Of a stretch of DNA of 64,000 bases, positions 1 through 13,781 are shown piece by piece. The notes beneath the pieces were generated by a model. It was given only the letters and a program-made list of their open reading frames with translations. It did not search any database and was not told the DNA's origin. The stretch spans positions 1 to 64,000 of the forward strand of contig MU008163.1 in assembly GCA_010909165.1 (NCBI GenBank). Reading direction: 5' to 3'. Both the position numbers and the translations under genes were made by a program. Each line of letters opens with the position of its first letter. Within the stretch, counting starts at the first letter, position 1. The stretch is from Anthoceros angustus (lineage: Eukaryota > Plantae > Anthocerotophyta).

Positions 1-712
1 GGATCAGCGCGTGTTTGCGAAATTTATCTGCGTGCTGCCTGCGTCTGTTAAAGAAGTTTCCTCAAACGGACTTCACTGGATGTCTATCCATGCAGCTTGG
101 CTCCACGGAATGTCTATCCAAAATCGATATCCTAAGGTGATCACAGGTCTTTCCTCACGGGGATGTCTATCCAAAATCTTCTGTTGATCACGAGTGAGAT
201 GTTCATATAGGGAAGCTGGAAAATGCCAATTCTTGACGCCGAGAGTCTAGACTCTGTAGAGTCTTTGGTCGTTGCACGCCTCGTTGAAACTGGTCTTGGG
301 GCTGCTGGGATGGCAACAGCAACACCGGACATGTCAGATTTGGAGTAGTTCAACACGTGGTGTGCTACGGCAGGCGTGATGCTTACGACGGGGAGGATTG
401 TGATACTAGAGGTGTACGATCTGGATGGCATTTAGATGCTTTACAGGACATCCTTTCATTGCACACGCAGACTGACGTTTTGGCGTTTGCGAAAGGAGCC
501 AACACCTAGTGCTCCGTGGTCCCCCACACTGGTGCTGCCATTATGGATGGCTGCCGCAGACAGACTGGTTTTCAGAGCAGGTGCTGGACGATAACAGTTG
601 ATGCGATTTACTCAAGAGTGAGAAGGAAAAATTTGCCATATATTTGTGGGTTCATGTGATGCGTAATGCCACTCCAACACAAACCTTTGCCTGTCTCAGA
701 ACTCTTTGTCGA

Positions 713-860
713 TGTCCTCCTCTCTGCACTGTCCTCCTTTGTTCTCTGTCCAGCTTTATTTGCTGTCCATCTTTGTTCATTGTCCTACTCTGTTCACTGT
801 CGTTCTTTGTTCGCCGTCCTCCTTTGTCGCTGCCTTCTGTGTTCACTGTCCTTCTCGCTC
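713..860. repeat. Degenerate ~17-bp minisatellite (TGTCCTCCTTTGTTCAC-like)
   Basis: About 9 consecutive units beginning tgtc/cgtc/tgcc at ~17-bp spacing. Confidence 0.75.
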
Positions 861-1039
861 TCCAACTCCCGTCTCTCCCTGAGAGGAAGCATAGACCTCC
901 ATCAGCTACCAGGTGCTAATATCATCTCACTTAAGAAGCTTCACTGTCCTTCTCGCTCTCCAACTCCCGTCTCTCCCTGAGAGAAAGAATAGACCTCCAT
1001 CAGCAGCCAGGTGCTAATATCATCTCACGCAAGAAGCTT
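842..1039. repeat. Tandem direct duplication, ~98-bp unit x2
   Basis: ttcactgtccttctcgctctccaactccc...atcatctcacNNaagaagct occurs at ~842 and ~940. Confidence 0.9.
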
Positions 1040-1238
1040 TCTCCAGCACCGGCTCTTCACAAGCTCCCACTTCATCGGGCAAATTATACCACCCCTTAGC
1101 GAAATGTCACGGCCGAAGGGTATCAAACAACATGCTTGATACTCTTGCAAGTGGCTAAAAAGGCCATGCCCATTTGAGGAATGCCTTGCCATCCACTCCA
1201 GCATGCCCATCCATCTCCCACCAGCATAACCGAGGCCT

Positions 1239-2251
1239 TCACAGTCTAGCAACCTGCAGTCCACCTCTTCGCAGCCCCTGCAACGCCACAGCCACCTTTG
1301 CTCCCACACGAGCATTGTTCTTCACCAGCTCGATATTGGCAGCAAGAGAAGCTCCACCAGTGAGCTCGTTCACTCGCTTCAGCAAGAACGGCGTGACTGC
1401 AGCGCCCACAACCCCCTTCTCCTCCGCCTCCTTCAGGGCCGCATGAATAGCATCCTCCACCAACCCCGCCACCGCAGCATGCTCCTCAGGGACAGGCACC
1501 GCAATCAGCACCCCGCTCTGCACCTGCAGCCTGAGAGCGGCCTGGACCACGGCAGCGCACTCCCCAGCCCCGTCGGCTCTGCAGGGGACCCGGCACCCGC
1601 TCCGCCTGGTGAAGAAGGCCGGGAATTCATCGCACTCGTATCCCACCACCGTCACCCCCTGCGTCTCCAGGTACTCCAGCGTCCGAGGAATGTCGAGGAT
1701 GGACTTCACGCCCGCGCAAACCACAGCCACGGGCGTCCGCCCGAGCTCTGTCAGATCGGACGACACGTCCATGGAGCTCTCCCCGTGCCGGTGCACCCCC
1801 CCGATTCCCCCCGTCACGAACACCGAGATCCCGACTACAGCTGCCAGGAACATGGTGGAAGACACGGTGGTGGCGCCGTCCATCCCCCGGGCCACCACAG
1901 CCGCCATGTCCCGCCTGGCCGTCTTCACCGCCCCGGGTCCCAGCTCCGCCAGGTGCCGCAGCTCTGGTTCCGTCAGACCGATCCGGGGCACGCCGCCGAG
2001 GATGGCGATGGTGGCGGGCACGGCGCCCTGCTCCCGCACCGCCTGCTCCACCTCCCGCGCGGTGCTGAGGTTCTGCGGGAACGGCATCCCGTGAGAGATG
2101 ATGGTGGATTCGAGAGCCACCACCGGGCGCCCTTCCAACAGCGCAAGCCGCACCCTGGCTCCACCTGCACGCCCATCCGCTCTGCAGCTTCGAGAGAGAC
2201 ATGGCGGGAGGACGCCGGTGTCCAGCGGCCGGCACCTGCCGTGGCTGCCAT
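1239..2251 (-). CDS. PUMY: Pseudouridine-5'-phosphate glycosidase (PsuG/IndA family), intronless; apparent 1-nt frameshift near 2154
   Basis: Motifs VVALESTIISHGMPFPQN, GATTVSSTM, GGIGGVHR, DVSSDLTELGRTP, GVKSILDIPRTLEYLET. Likely ATG at 2251 (MAATAGAG...VQVEP) is one base out of frame with the main ORF. C-terminus is ARL. Confidence 0.93.
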
Positions 2252-2395
2252 CGGAGGAGCTAAGAGAATTGGTGGACGGAGCAAAGGAGATATGCGTGTA
2301 GGGATGTGGAGGGAAGGCAGTCTACAGATCACCTCGGAGAAGAGAAGGCTCTCGTGAGCGTGAGCGGGAAGGGGCTTTACACGCCTTGTTGCTGG

Positions 2396-3278
2396 ATGGA
2401 AAACCCTGGGAATGGAAGCGGGTGGGAGGACGGGGATGTCTGGGAGCTTGGTCTGGAGAGCGACCAGGCTGGCCTGCAGCAAGAGGAGCTGAACAGAGAA
2501 TGGGGATTGCGGCAAAGCAAGTTCCACAACGTATGCTTCCTTCCTTCCTTCCTTGCTCGCTGCGGCTTCGGCTAGGGCTTTCTGCATCGTTTGCTTTGCA
2601 TGCTGGTGGATCGGGATTTGGTTGCATGATCTGCTTCGTGGTGATGTTGCTTCTTCCTTGTGATGCTTGGTCTTGGTGAAGCTTGGTCTTCTTGGTGATG
2701 CTCGATTTGGTTTTTTTGTGGTGCTTGATGTGCTTCTTTGTGATGCAAGAAGCCTTGATGTGGCGCAGCTGGGATACCGTGATGGGATTGACGCCGGGAA
2801 GCTGTCCACCTTGCAAGAAGGGTTTGATGCTGGCTACAAAGAGGCAGCTCCTGCGGGGTTCAACTGGGGCGTGGTGAAGGGAGCCAGCAGGTGAGGAAGG
2901 TGTCATAGTGGAATGTTTGAGACTGAGGGTTTTGCCGCTGAGATGCCGTTTGCTTGTGGCAGTGCCTGGGCGGCTTTGCCGCTCCATGCTCAAATGTCTC
3001 TGGTACAGGTGGAGGATGCTAGGTCTCGCCTTGGACAGCTTCATTCTGCTGTTACAGCAGTGAAGGTAGAAGATGCTCGGCTTTTCTACTACGAGGACAC
3101 GGTGCTGCCTAAGGAGCTGCCATCTGATCAAGACACAAATCGTAATGGTCTTGATGGTTCTGCGTCTCAGGAGAGAGACACAAGCAAGGCTGAGTTGAAC
3201 TCCAGCAGACTGCAAATTTTGGAACGAGATATCAGGACTCACTTGAAGGATGTGGAACTGGCCTGCTTAGAGATATGA
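2396..3278 (+). CDS. YAE1: Yae1-domain protein, 3 exons (2396-2530, 2769-2890, 2963-3278)
   Basis: LNREW..RQSKFHN|LGYRDGIDAGKLSTLQEGFDAGYKEAAPAGFNWGVVKG is the deca-GX3 Yae1_N pattern; GT-AG junctions are in phase. Confidence 0.85.
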
Positions 3279-3382
3279 ATTTTACTTATTACCTATGCGC
3301 TTAGAGAATTTGTATCACCTAGCTACTTGAGGTGCATTTGCCATAGCCTGCACAATATGAATCTCCATCAGGCAATGGACTT

Positions 3383-3446
3383 GCCTGGTCCAGGTTACGC
3401 CTGGTCCAGGTTACGCCCGGTCCAGGTTACGTCTCTTCCAGGTTAC
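3383..3446. repeat. 16-bp tandem repeat x4 (GCCTGGTCCAGGTTAC)
   Basis: Directly visible; it abuts the 5' edge of the PPR remnant. Confidence 0.9.
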
Positions 3447-3987
3447 GTAGTGCTGGGCACCTGCCTGGTGGACATGTATGCAAAATAGTGGTGAACTGGA
3501 AGATGCACGCCAGGTTTTTGACAGCTTGGCCACAAAGGATGTATTGACATGGACAGCCCTGATTGCTGGGTATGCAGAGCAACAGCTTGGACATGAGGCG
3601 CTTGTTGTGTATGGACAAATGGAGCAGGAGGGCCTGCATTTGGCTAACCGTGTTACTTTTCCTTGCCTTCTGAAGGCTTGTGGAAGCACTGGTGCCTTAC
3701 AGAAGGACGGGCAGCTGCACTCGCAGATTGTCGAAAGAGGACTGCTGGATACAGGTTTATGCATTTGCGGTGGGGGAAAGGAAAGATGATATTGCACTCT
3801 TTGCACCGCCGCTCCCATCCTGACCCAATTCCGCTCACAGAAACCGCAGGAGCAACCTCGAGCCAAGCCTGATTCCACCAGAGAGCACGAATGCACGTCT
3901 GGAGCAGGAAGGAGGCCATGTACCTCACAAAATTGGTGTTGAAGCCACTCTGTGAGAAAGGAAGATATGCTTTGTGGGCATGCTGAC
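3444..3987 (+). pseudogene. PLS-class PPR remnant plus partial DYW (KP-type) deaminase domain
   Basis: LGTCLVDMYAK/SGELEDARQVFDSLATKDVLTWTALIAGYA...NRVTFPCLLKACGSTGAL; then 3884-3987 STNARLEQEGGHVPH/KLVLKPLCEK/EDMLCGHAD with frameshifts. Confidence 0.85.
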
Positions 3988-4953
3988 CATTGCTGACAGT
4001 TTGGCGTCAGGGTGAAACAGGAGGCACCGAATCAGAGAAGCATTTCCTTGTACTCAAGCCTCGACTCCAGTCAAGCTGAAGCTGGAGCTGCTGCTGTCGG
4101 GATATCAACCGCTGGTGAGCAGTGCTCACACAGCGTTGGATTCAAGTAGTGCCTGCTGCAATCCAGCTTGGTATTTGTGAGACGTTCTTAAGTTGTTTGG
4201 GGTGATGGGAATCGAGACTCGTAGGATGGAACTCCACGATAGGCCTCAGAATGCGTGGGTTGATCTCAAAGAGAAGAAGATTGTGTAGGAACCTCTAGAC
4301 TCTCCTCTCCGATGTTGAGGTTGGATGATGGGCAGAGGGCAGAATTGGTCAGTTCCGTTCACTGGACCTGGGAATGTGCAATTCTGCTCACATGGCCTCT
4401 CATGCGGTTTCCGTTGCTTTAGTCAATGGCAAGTGGGCCTGGCCAATGTGCCATTCTGCACACATCGCAGGCTTTCGGCAACGTGGGCAGCCGCGTTGAT
4501 TCGCTGATGAGGTTCATCAGGCCGAGGAACTGAAAACATGCACATCGCCGTGCGGTACGGCGAGTGGCAGCCCACTTGCCCATGCCTGGGACGATATCCG
4601 ACAGCAAAATCATGCCCAGTCCCCAGCCTGGCTTGCGACTCGGTCCAAAACTCGGTGGTCGTGCTATTTCCGGATCCCTTTCCCTCGAAGCCCGCTCCAG
4701 CACTGTGATGTCTCTCCCGCCATAGCCAGACCGATCGTCCGGACCGCCATCCTCTACTAGCTGTAGCTGCCCGTCACCTCCTTTAAATCCTTCTCTTCTG
4801 ACTCAGGCATTGCACACTGCACCATCGATCTCTCCGGCCTGCTCCGCACTCCAGAGAGCTCCAGGACGGTAGCCAGCGCGAGCGCTATACAATCCTAGGT
4901 CTGCTGTCCTCTAATCTCCTCTCCCGTGCTGCCGCTCTGGTGCGAAGGTGAGA

Positions 4954-5798
4954 ATGGCGGTGTGCAGGAGCAGCAGGAGCAGGAGCAGGGCGAGGTTGGA
5001 CACCAGGGCGGCGGTGCTGGCCGTGCACGCCGCGCTCTTGTACATGTACATGTCGTGCGCCTCCGGTGCTGCCGCTGCGGATCCTCCCCCGGGCCCGGGC
5101 CCCACCGCCTACTCCTTCTCCGTGGGGAAAAATGGACGCTACGGGTCGGGACGATGGATGATCCGCAGTTCCCCGAGCTATTACCAGAACTGGGCCGACT
5201 CCGTGGCGCCGCTGTACGCGGACACTGACATCTTGGGTGAGCGCTCCATGCCCATGTCCTTCAGCAGTCTCATTGTTCTTGGGCCGTTTCATGGCCGAAT
5301 GCATCGCACTGTTTCATTGTTTCTGACTGTGAGGACTCGGAGTTGCTGCCTGTACATGCGGCAGAGTTCGATTACGCCCGCCAGAGCCACAACGTGGTGC
5401 AGCTGGACTCCACGTCCTACCGCACCTGCGATACCAGCAGCCCGATCGCCACCTTCGACTCTGGGAGAGATCAACTGCAGCTTCCCGACGCCGGCATCTA
5501 CTACTTCAGCAGCAGCTTCACCGGCGACTGCGCTGCCGGAATGCGCTTCAGCATCCAGTACGTTGCAGGATCCCGGCCTACGGGTGACACTCCTGATCGC
5601 CCATCTCCTCCTGATCGCCCATCTCCTCCTGCACTTTCGTCTGGACCTCCGAGCCGGACGCGATCGGGTTCTTCTGGAAACGCGGCAGCCTCGGGTGCAA
5701 GGTTGGACGCCTCCTCCTTGCCTCGGCTCGTCTCTGCTGCTGCTCACTTGATCGATACATCAGATCTTGAACATCTGGGCATGGCCCTCGCAGTTTAG
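4954..5798 (+). CDS. Early-nodulin-like (ENODL) phytocyanin, single domain, 2 exons (4954-5236, 5365-5798)
   Basis: Signal-like N-terminus; YQNWA..., HNVVQLD..SYRTCD, GIYYFSSSFTGDCAAGMRF; Pro-rich tail; phase-1 intron. Confidence 0.85.
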
Positions 5799-5980
5799 TA
5801 CCAACTTAGTTCCATAGTAACCCCTTCCATGGTACCCTATCCAAATGGACATACATTTATAAGAACGTCGTGATTAAGCATACTGTCGCTTAGATCGGTA
5901 CTTAGATGGGGTGCCTGAAGGAGTGTCTGCCCTTGGTGCAAGTAGCTTAGGGTCACTATGGTACAAGTTGTTAAGTACCA

Positions 5981-7461
5981 AGTCCCATGACGGAAATCCG
6001 TCTTAGTGGACTTAAATAAAATTCTTATCATGGTATAATAAGTCCCCCAAATACAACTTAGGAAGCTCCATCAAGCTTGAATTGGACTGTAGGGATAGAC
6101 CAACCCAACTTGCCCATTGACATGGACCTTCACTTCATCCTTGATCCACGACTCGGATTCGACGACAGCCTCGACCTTCAACAAGGCCTCCGTGCTTGAG
6201 CCCATCGAGGCCTCGAGCAAGAAGCCTCGCATTCCCGCTCAGGGAAATTTTCACACTTAAGCGCATTTTCACAGCTACAGTTATCTTGTACTAATGCCCG
6301 GTCCGAAATCAGCACACTTCTCAAATATTTCCTTAAGGGAAAAATATGAGTCTTTCTTGGCTAAGCACCAATCTTTGGCATGGGACTGGAGGACGAGAGA
6401 GCGTGAGGAGGGCCAGGAGGAGGGGATGAGTTCAATTCGTAATGGATTATCTTATAGATAAGATATTTAATAGTCAGGATGTTATCATTAGAAAATTGCA
6501 ACAGGATCTTGAATCGGCAAGCTCATGGGCCAAAAGATTTTGAGGCGCTTTTCTAGGTCAAGTTTGATTCATTGCTTTGCAAGTCAATGCCTCGCAAATT
6601 CGCTTGTGGGTTACTATCAAGGCGATCCGCACCTAGTTTGGAAGGCTACAAGAAGGTTATTCTCAAGCTTATTCATGCATGAGGGAAGAAATGCTTATAT
6701 GGCCAAAAGTTGTAGGGTTTGGATGATCAAGTTGGAAGACTCTCAAAGGTTGGTGGAGGGTTATTAAATGAAGTTTTTCACTAGACCATAGAGGAGAAAG
6801 CCATAAATTTGGAACATTATTTCACTTCAACGAAACAAGTTTTACCTACATATTTGGAGAAGCTTATCGGTAAAACCCTCATGGAATTAATGATCCCTTG
6901 CTCCTTCTTGTCCCGGTGGCAACACAGATCGGAAGTTGTTTCCTAGATAGTCGACCGTGCTCGCGTGCTTTGAACTTGAGAATTTATGGTCTTGGTAATG
7001 ACATTGTTGCAACATTTGTGGTTGCAAAGGAGTTTCTCAACAGGCTGAAAGGAGTCAATAGGCTAGAGGTCGATGTGGTCGCCTCGAGCCTTCCGGCTTG
7101 GAAGGAGCGATATTGATTATGACTTTTCACTCTATGGATGATTACCAGTTATGAAGGCTAGGTCTATGTTACGGACAAACTTATATATCAATGAGGATCT
7201 TACATCATTGCGATGGAAGACTAATAGCGAGAAGTTACCCGCTCGTCCGGTGTCAAGTGGCTTTCTTTCGTGGGGATGAATTGGTGGTGTTTGGCCCTCG
7301 TTCACGCAATTTCATTGACACTGTTGATTGATTGAAGATTATTTATCTTATTTAATTTTTACCTTTACATTCATCTAAACTATTTTACCATAATCTATAT
7401 AGTTATCATATTTCAGTCCCATAATGGAAATCCGTCCTTAGTGGACTTCAATAAAATTCTT
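5981..7461. mobile_element. Degenerate TE-like segment bounded by ~46-bp direct repeats
   Basis: agtcccatRAYggaaatccgtc(c)ttagtggactt(a/c)aataaaattctt at ~5981 and ~7415; the interior has stop-riddled reading frames. Confidence 0.4.
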
Positions 7462-8085
7462 CTTCTTCTACATGGGCCATTGGTGAGGATGCCAAAGAAC
7501 ACCTAAACTTATGTAGGACATCCATACAAGGTGCGCCCATATATTATGTAGATGCCCATATCGTACCATGAAGTTGCGAAACAAATAGTGCCCATCCCTC
7601 TATCCGCTTTGGTGTTCCATTCTTAGCATCCGGGCTGCCCAGCGGCCAGCAACCTCCAACTCACAAGTCAGGTTGGGGCTTGCAAGTTTGTGGCCGTGAG
7701 AGGTTGGGGCTTACAAGCAAGTTGCCCTCACGGCCACACGCAAGTTGCCCCTCACGGCCCCTCACAGGCCAAGCTGCCCTCCCCATCTCGACCAACCTGC
7801 ACCGGGCTACACCAATTCACCCCTGATTCCTGCAATTGACATCCATTCCTCAATCTTCAGCACGCACGAATTCCTCAACACTTCTGACAAAGCTCGGAAC
7901 CCTGTGTCTGTGTGTGGGTAGTGGCTGCCAACGGTCCATCCCTTTTCTCCTCCATGCTTATCCTGTGGGAGCAGAAACAAGCGGGTTGAGTTACAACCAC
8001 AACACTGGAACGGCCATCAGAGATGATACAAGGGCCCTAAGCCTGTGCTGAATAGCGAGGCTCCAGAATGGAGCGAGGCACCAGA

Positions 8086-9499
<1,414 letters not shown>

Positions 9500-9675
9500 T
9501 CGACTCCCCAATCATCTGCGCAGGAAGCTAGCCTACCATGGCCCTTCCAGTTTGGTACCAGCTTAGTTCCATCAACCCTGCCATGGTACCCTGCCAGCAG
9601 AGCGTCCTCAACCCGCAACCTCGCCGCATGACAACAGCCGATAAGCATCGGCAGAATCCAACTCAGGAAGCTCCA

Positions 9676-11625
9676 TCAAGCTTGGAAATCTTTCACCATG
9701 TCTCGACGATCCATAATGCCTGACGCAGCATCCAATCGCAGAAACTTATACTTCCTAAAGATCACATAGTCCTCGTTCCATTCAAGGCATATCACCATGA
9801 CTACAGAACCCCAGCACACCAGATGCTTGGAACAGATATGAACACTGCGTGGGCATCTCACCTCAGGCGGTCAAGCATCTTTGTCATATGGGCAAACAAA
9901 AGGACCCTGTGGTTTTCAGCACGAAACCGTTTCAAAAGGCCATCCAGGCACTGAGTTTTCCAGAGTCCAGCACCGGCAGTCAGCAATGTCAAAAGTTTCT
10001 CCTAGTTTGCCGATGTAATAGAAAGGGCCAGACTGGTCACACACAATTTTTGCAGAGCCACAATCCTTGGGAGCTGATACGACTGCTCACCGATAGCATA
10101 TCTTTGCAAAGTCAAAATTCTGTACAGGAGGAGACGAGCCGAATACCGAATATGGCAAAGCAAGCAATGGTTATTCCAGTCTCTCCATCACTTTACTCCC
10201 ACGCTCTTCAATGAACCCAGGGCCTCTAGGTGGTCTTGATCCCAAGCCTGTGTCTCGGATACCACGAACACCCACCAACAAACGCTTGACCCATGCATTT
10301 TGAAGCAGTTCTACTTTTCCATTGGTGAAGCAGTGGTCTGAGCAAGAGGTATCGATCTGACACAACAACAGGAAAGGAATCCTTGCAACAAATAGGAGAA
10401 CAACATATTCTCCTCGTTCTGTGTCAGATGCAGGAACAGCCATCAGGCACACATGCTTGTCCAGCAAAGCAAACTAGAAAAGAATTGAAGATACAGATGG
10501 CATACCTCCTGAGGAGCCGGTGACATATATGTTCACACCGACCTCAACAGGCTGATATTTTTCAGCTGCCTATCCTGGTGCGATACAACAAGGAATTCAA
10601 AAGGCTCAGACTTATAGCCTGTGAAAACCTTCGTTTGAAGTCCTATCCAACCTGTTCGAGAAGGCAGCAGTAGTAACCTCTGCACAGCTCTTGCTTTTGG
10701 TATCTACATCTTGGGCCTTCAACGTATGGTCATCTAACCATTCCTGTCGTATGACAATATTGTCCAACTCTATAACAATTAGAGAAGCATCAGCCGAGAA
10801 ACCCCAAAAGCCCCACTGATGGAATGGCCTACATCGCCCTCAGAGAAAATTGAGCGGTGAATATTTTCTGGTGCAAAAACACTGAGCATATTTGCAAGCC
10901 ACTTTTTTTAAGAGCCCTGCACAGAGCCAGAGCTCGAAGTTCGCAGGCAGGTCAGGTCATGCCATCCCTGTACACTAGCCTTGGAACCTGCAAGGATCAT
11001 AACCACACAAAAAGTCCCCTTTAAGCCAACATGAAGAACCATGAGATGGAGAACCATCCAATCTTGATAACGATCCACTCCAGGCACATGAGCAAGGTGT
11101 ACAATACCTGGAACAATAGAGGGTTACGACCTCCTGCACAATGGATGTCATCAAGCTCTCTAAATGGTGCAGGCTGGAGCTGCAAGTGTTCAAAATATGT
11201 AAAATGGAGAAAGCTACTCCCCTCGTTGGAAACGAGACGCTCATGATGGTTGCACACCTGAAACATTATGGGGTCATACAGAGGTCGAGATGATTGCACA
11301 CGGGCAAGTTTAAGGTGGCAACAGATCCAGTGGAAAGGAATGAAGAAAATATGTATTCTCAGTGCACAAGTGGCAAAATGAAACAGAGAAGACAAGGAGA
11401 TACCTTCCGCAGCTCCACCACAAGATCCATGAGGTTTTTCATCCTCAAGTTGTTAATCCTCCCTCCAGCAGATGAGATACTGCCACCTTGTTCTTGATAG
11501 TATGATAAAAGCTTCCTGCCTCGAAGTCAGTTCGCAATGTAGACGTACTTCCTTTTATTGGTCACGAAGACAAAGCCCTTTCTGTTACATGGCAAAGGAG
11601 TCCGACTCCAGCAAGTAACAAATCC
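9676..11625 (-). pseudogene. INO80: Intron-containing internal fragment of the INO80 chromatin-remodelling ATPase
   Basis: Exon remnants: LHCELTSRQEA/YHTIKNK, NLMDLVVELRK|VCNHHE..NEGSSFLHF...GGRNPLLFQ|VPRLVY, NAWVKRLL, SPPVQNFDFAK, DSGKL../LKRFRAENHRVLLFAHMTKMLD, DYVIFRKYKFLRLDAASGIMDRRDMVKDFQ. Several frameshifts and stops; both ends missing. Confidence 0.88.
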
Positions 11626-12786
11626 TGCGCTCACAACTCGAGACAACACACAATTTGAGGAGCCCACTCGGAGTGAAGACTACTTACAACTCAGTTGTGT
11701 AAAATGCTAGAGCAGTTAGAGCATCAATAAATGTTCATCAACCACAACCCATTAGCCGTGTCAGTTAGCCCTCTCGGAGATGAGTGAGCAAGTGCATGTT
11801 GTCCAAAGTCAAAACAGTTAGTAAGTCAATCCAAAATTTATGTTTAAAAATTTGATTACTATATAATATTTCTTAGATTCATACATTATAATGTTTAGAA
11901 TTATTACATGATATTTCTTAAATTCATATATTCATTAATGTGTTCGGATATCAAACATTCCTCCCTCTCTAGCAAAACTAGGTTTAAAAGGGTATGATCT
12001 TCGACAACAAATTGATTTCAAATTTACAACAAGATGATTTCAAATTTTAGACAATTGATAATGGTGCCATCGAAAAGCTATATCATAAAGAATAGTTTCA
12101 ACCGATATTATCAACCGATTATGGTGCTATCGGAAAGCTATATCATATAAATTGCTTTTAACAAATCATTAACATCACCTCATCGCATTCATGAACAAAC
12201 CAGGAAAGTTATTAACTCTTGTCATTACATCAGCCCCTCATCAATGCAATGAACAAACTTAAGAATGTTTTCAGTAAAACTCCACGTTCAAGCATCCTGG
12301 AGTCACTGTTGGGATGGGTTATTACCTATTTCCTGTTTTAAAAAAGTCCTACGGACCATGCGTGGTAAAAATCTTTTTGGAGCTACTTTAATCAAACTTG
12401 CTATCAGATTTATTATTAAAGAATAGAAAAAACTATACAAAGAACCAACGATCCATGTCCCTGAATTCACTATGAATTAATATTATAGAAAAATATGTCT
12501 TTGTCTACTTCACATCCTTGGTAAGAATTCGATTTTAGTCCACGTGCACGGAATTTCCGTCATGGGACGGAAATGAACAGCGCAACAAAGGCGTCGGGCA
12601 ACTTATCCGTGCACTGCCACGCGGCGTTTGCATAGCCTTGCCCTGATTCATGGTTGTAGGAGCTGTTGTAGGATCCTCGCCATTTCGTTGTGCTTGGGGG
12701 ATTTCGGTTCTCTCCCACTGGCGACGAGTTTCGTCGGAATCTCCGGAGTTCAGTTGTCTGCAACTCTCCGGCAAGTGAAGATACCG

Positions 12787-13781
12787 ATGGCCGTGGCTAT
12801 TGCAATGGCAGCTCAATCCCTGGTTGCACTGCCCTACTTCTGCCAAGGATCGCCGCCTGTGGCTTCTTCCAGATTGCAGGTCTGCAGTCTCTCATCTCCA
12901 TTAGGTATGTCCTTGTCGCATTTGCCTGCAGCTGGTACGAAATGTGCTCACGAATCACATGCTACTCTGTGCAGTCACCTGGGATTACAGCTGTTCTCCC
13001 TCTCTGGCAGGCGTTGGAAGGCAATTCCGTGGGCACCTATCACCTCTGCTAAGGCTGCAACGGCCCTGCATTGTCAAGGCTGTTGCGGATTCCGACCGAG
13101 CACCAGGAAGCATCTCAGAAGGGCTTGATTTGCCGCCTCCAGGATGCAGTCGGATAAAACTGGAGCTTAGCAAGCCTCTAGGTAGCTGTTGCTTGTGGTT
13201 ATGCTAAAATGGTGCACAAGTGGCGAGGAGGAGCATTTCCCATATCCCATGCCTGTGTTTTTGGGTGTAGCAGGTATTGTTCTGGAAGAGGATAAGGCAG
13301 GAAACATTTTTGTTGCGGGCCTGGTGGATGACGGCAATGCTGCCAAGTCTGGTCTTGTGGATGTGGGTGATCAGCTGATTGCCACAAGTGCAGTGGTTTA
13401 TAACGATGCAGAAAGCTATCAGGGTGTACAAGTCCGCAAGGGTATGCAGATTGTCAGACTGAACGTACGAGGCGAACGGTTTGAGACGGTGTGTTCCCCC
13501 TCCCCTTTCCTTCGTCTTCCTTGCAGAACTCGACTTTGCTCATGTCCTCATTTGTCTTTCATACCGTTGCCTGATTCTGGTTCGTACCGTCCACAGGTCA
13601 TGGCTGCAATAGGAACACATCCAGCTTACATCAAGGTATGGCTACATTTGGACTCTTGTCAGCACTGGTGTAAGATGTGTCTGATGTGAGTGTGTTTGCG
13701 TTCATCTGTACACAGGTGGCTTTGGAGTTGCAGAAATGCAAAGCCGTAAATGGCTCAGTCAATGGATCCGCTAACAGCTGA
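12787..13781 (+). CDS. PDZ-domain protein with probable plastid transit peptide (5 exons)
   Basis: Ser/Arg-rich N-terminus ending CIVKA; KLELSKPLG|IVLEEDKAGNIFVAGLVDDGNAAKSGLVDVGDQLIATSA...FET|VMAAIGTHP; stop at 13779-13781. Confidence 0.8.

Noticed and set aside
1-620. ORF 141-431 and repeated GATGTCTATCCA motifs
   Set aside because: Short, with no family assignment, and truncated by the window edge.
1239-2153. Bacterial horizontal-transfer origin of the intronless psuG
   Set aside because: The sequence reads as plant-type (GGVHRHGE..MDVSSDLTELGRTPV), carries a peroxisomal signal, and has no bacterial neighbours.
1443-2357. Long plus-strand ORFs opposite PUMY (similar ones lie opposite GLK and the Root_cap genes)
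   Set aside because: They are antisense shadows of GC-rich coding sequence with no recognisable motifs.
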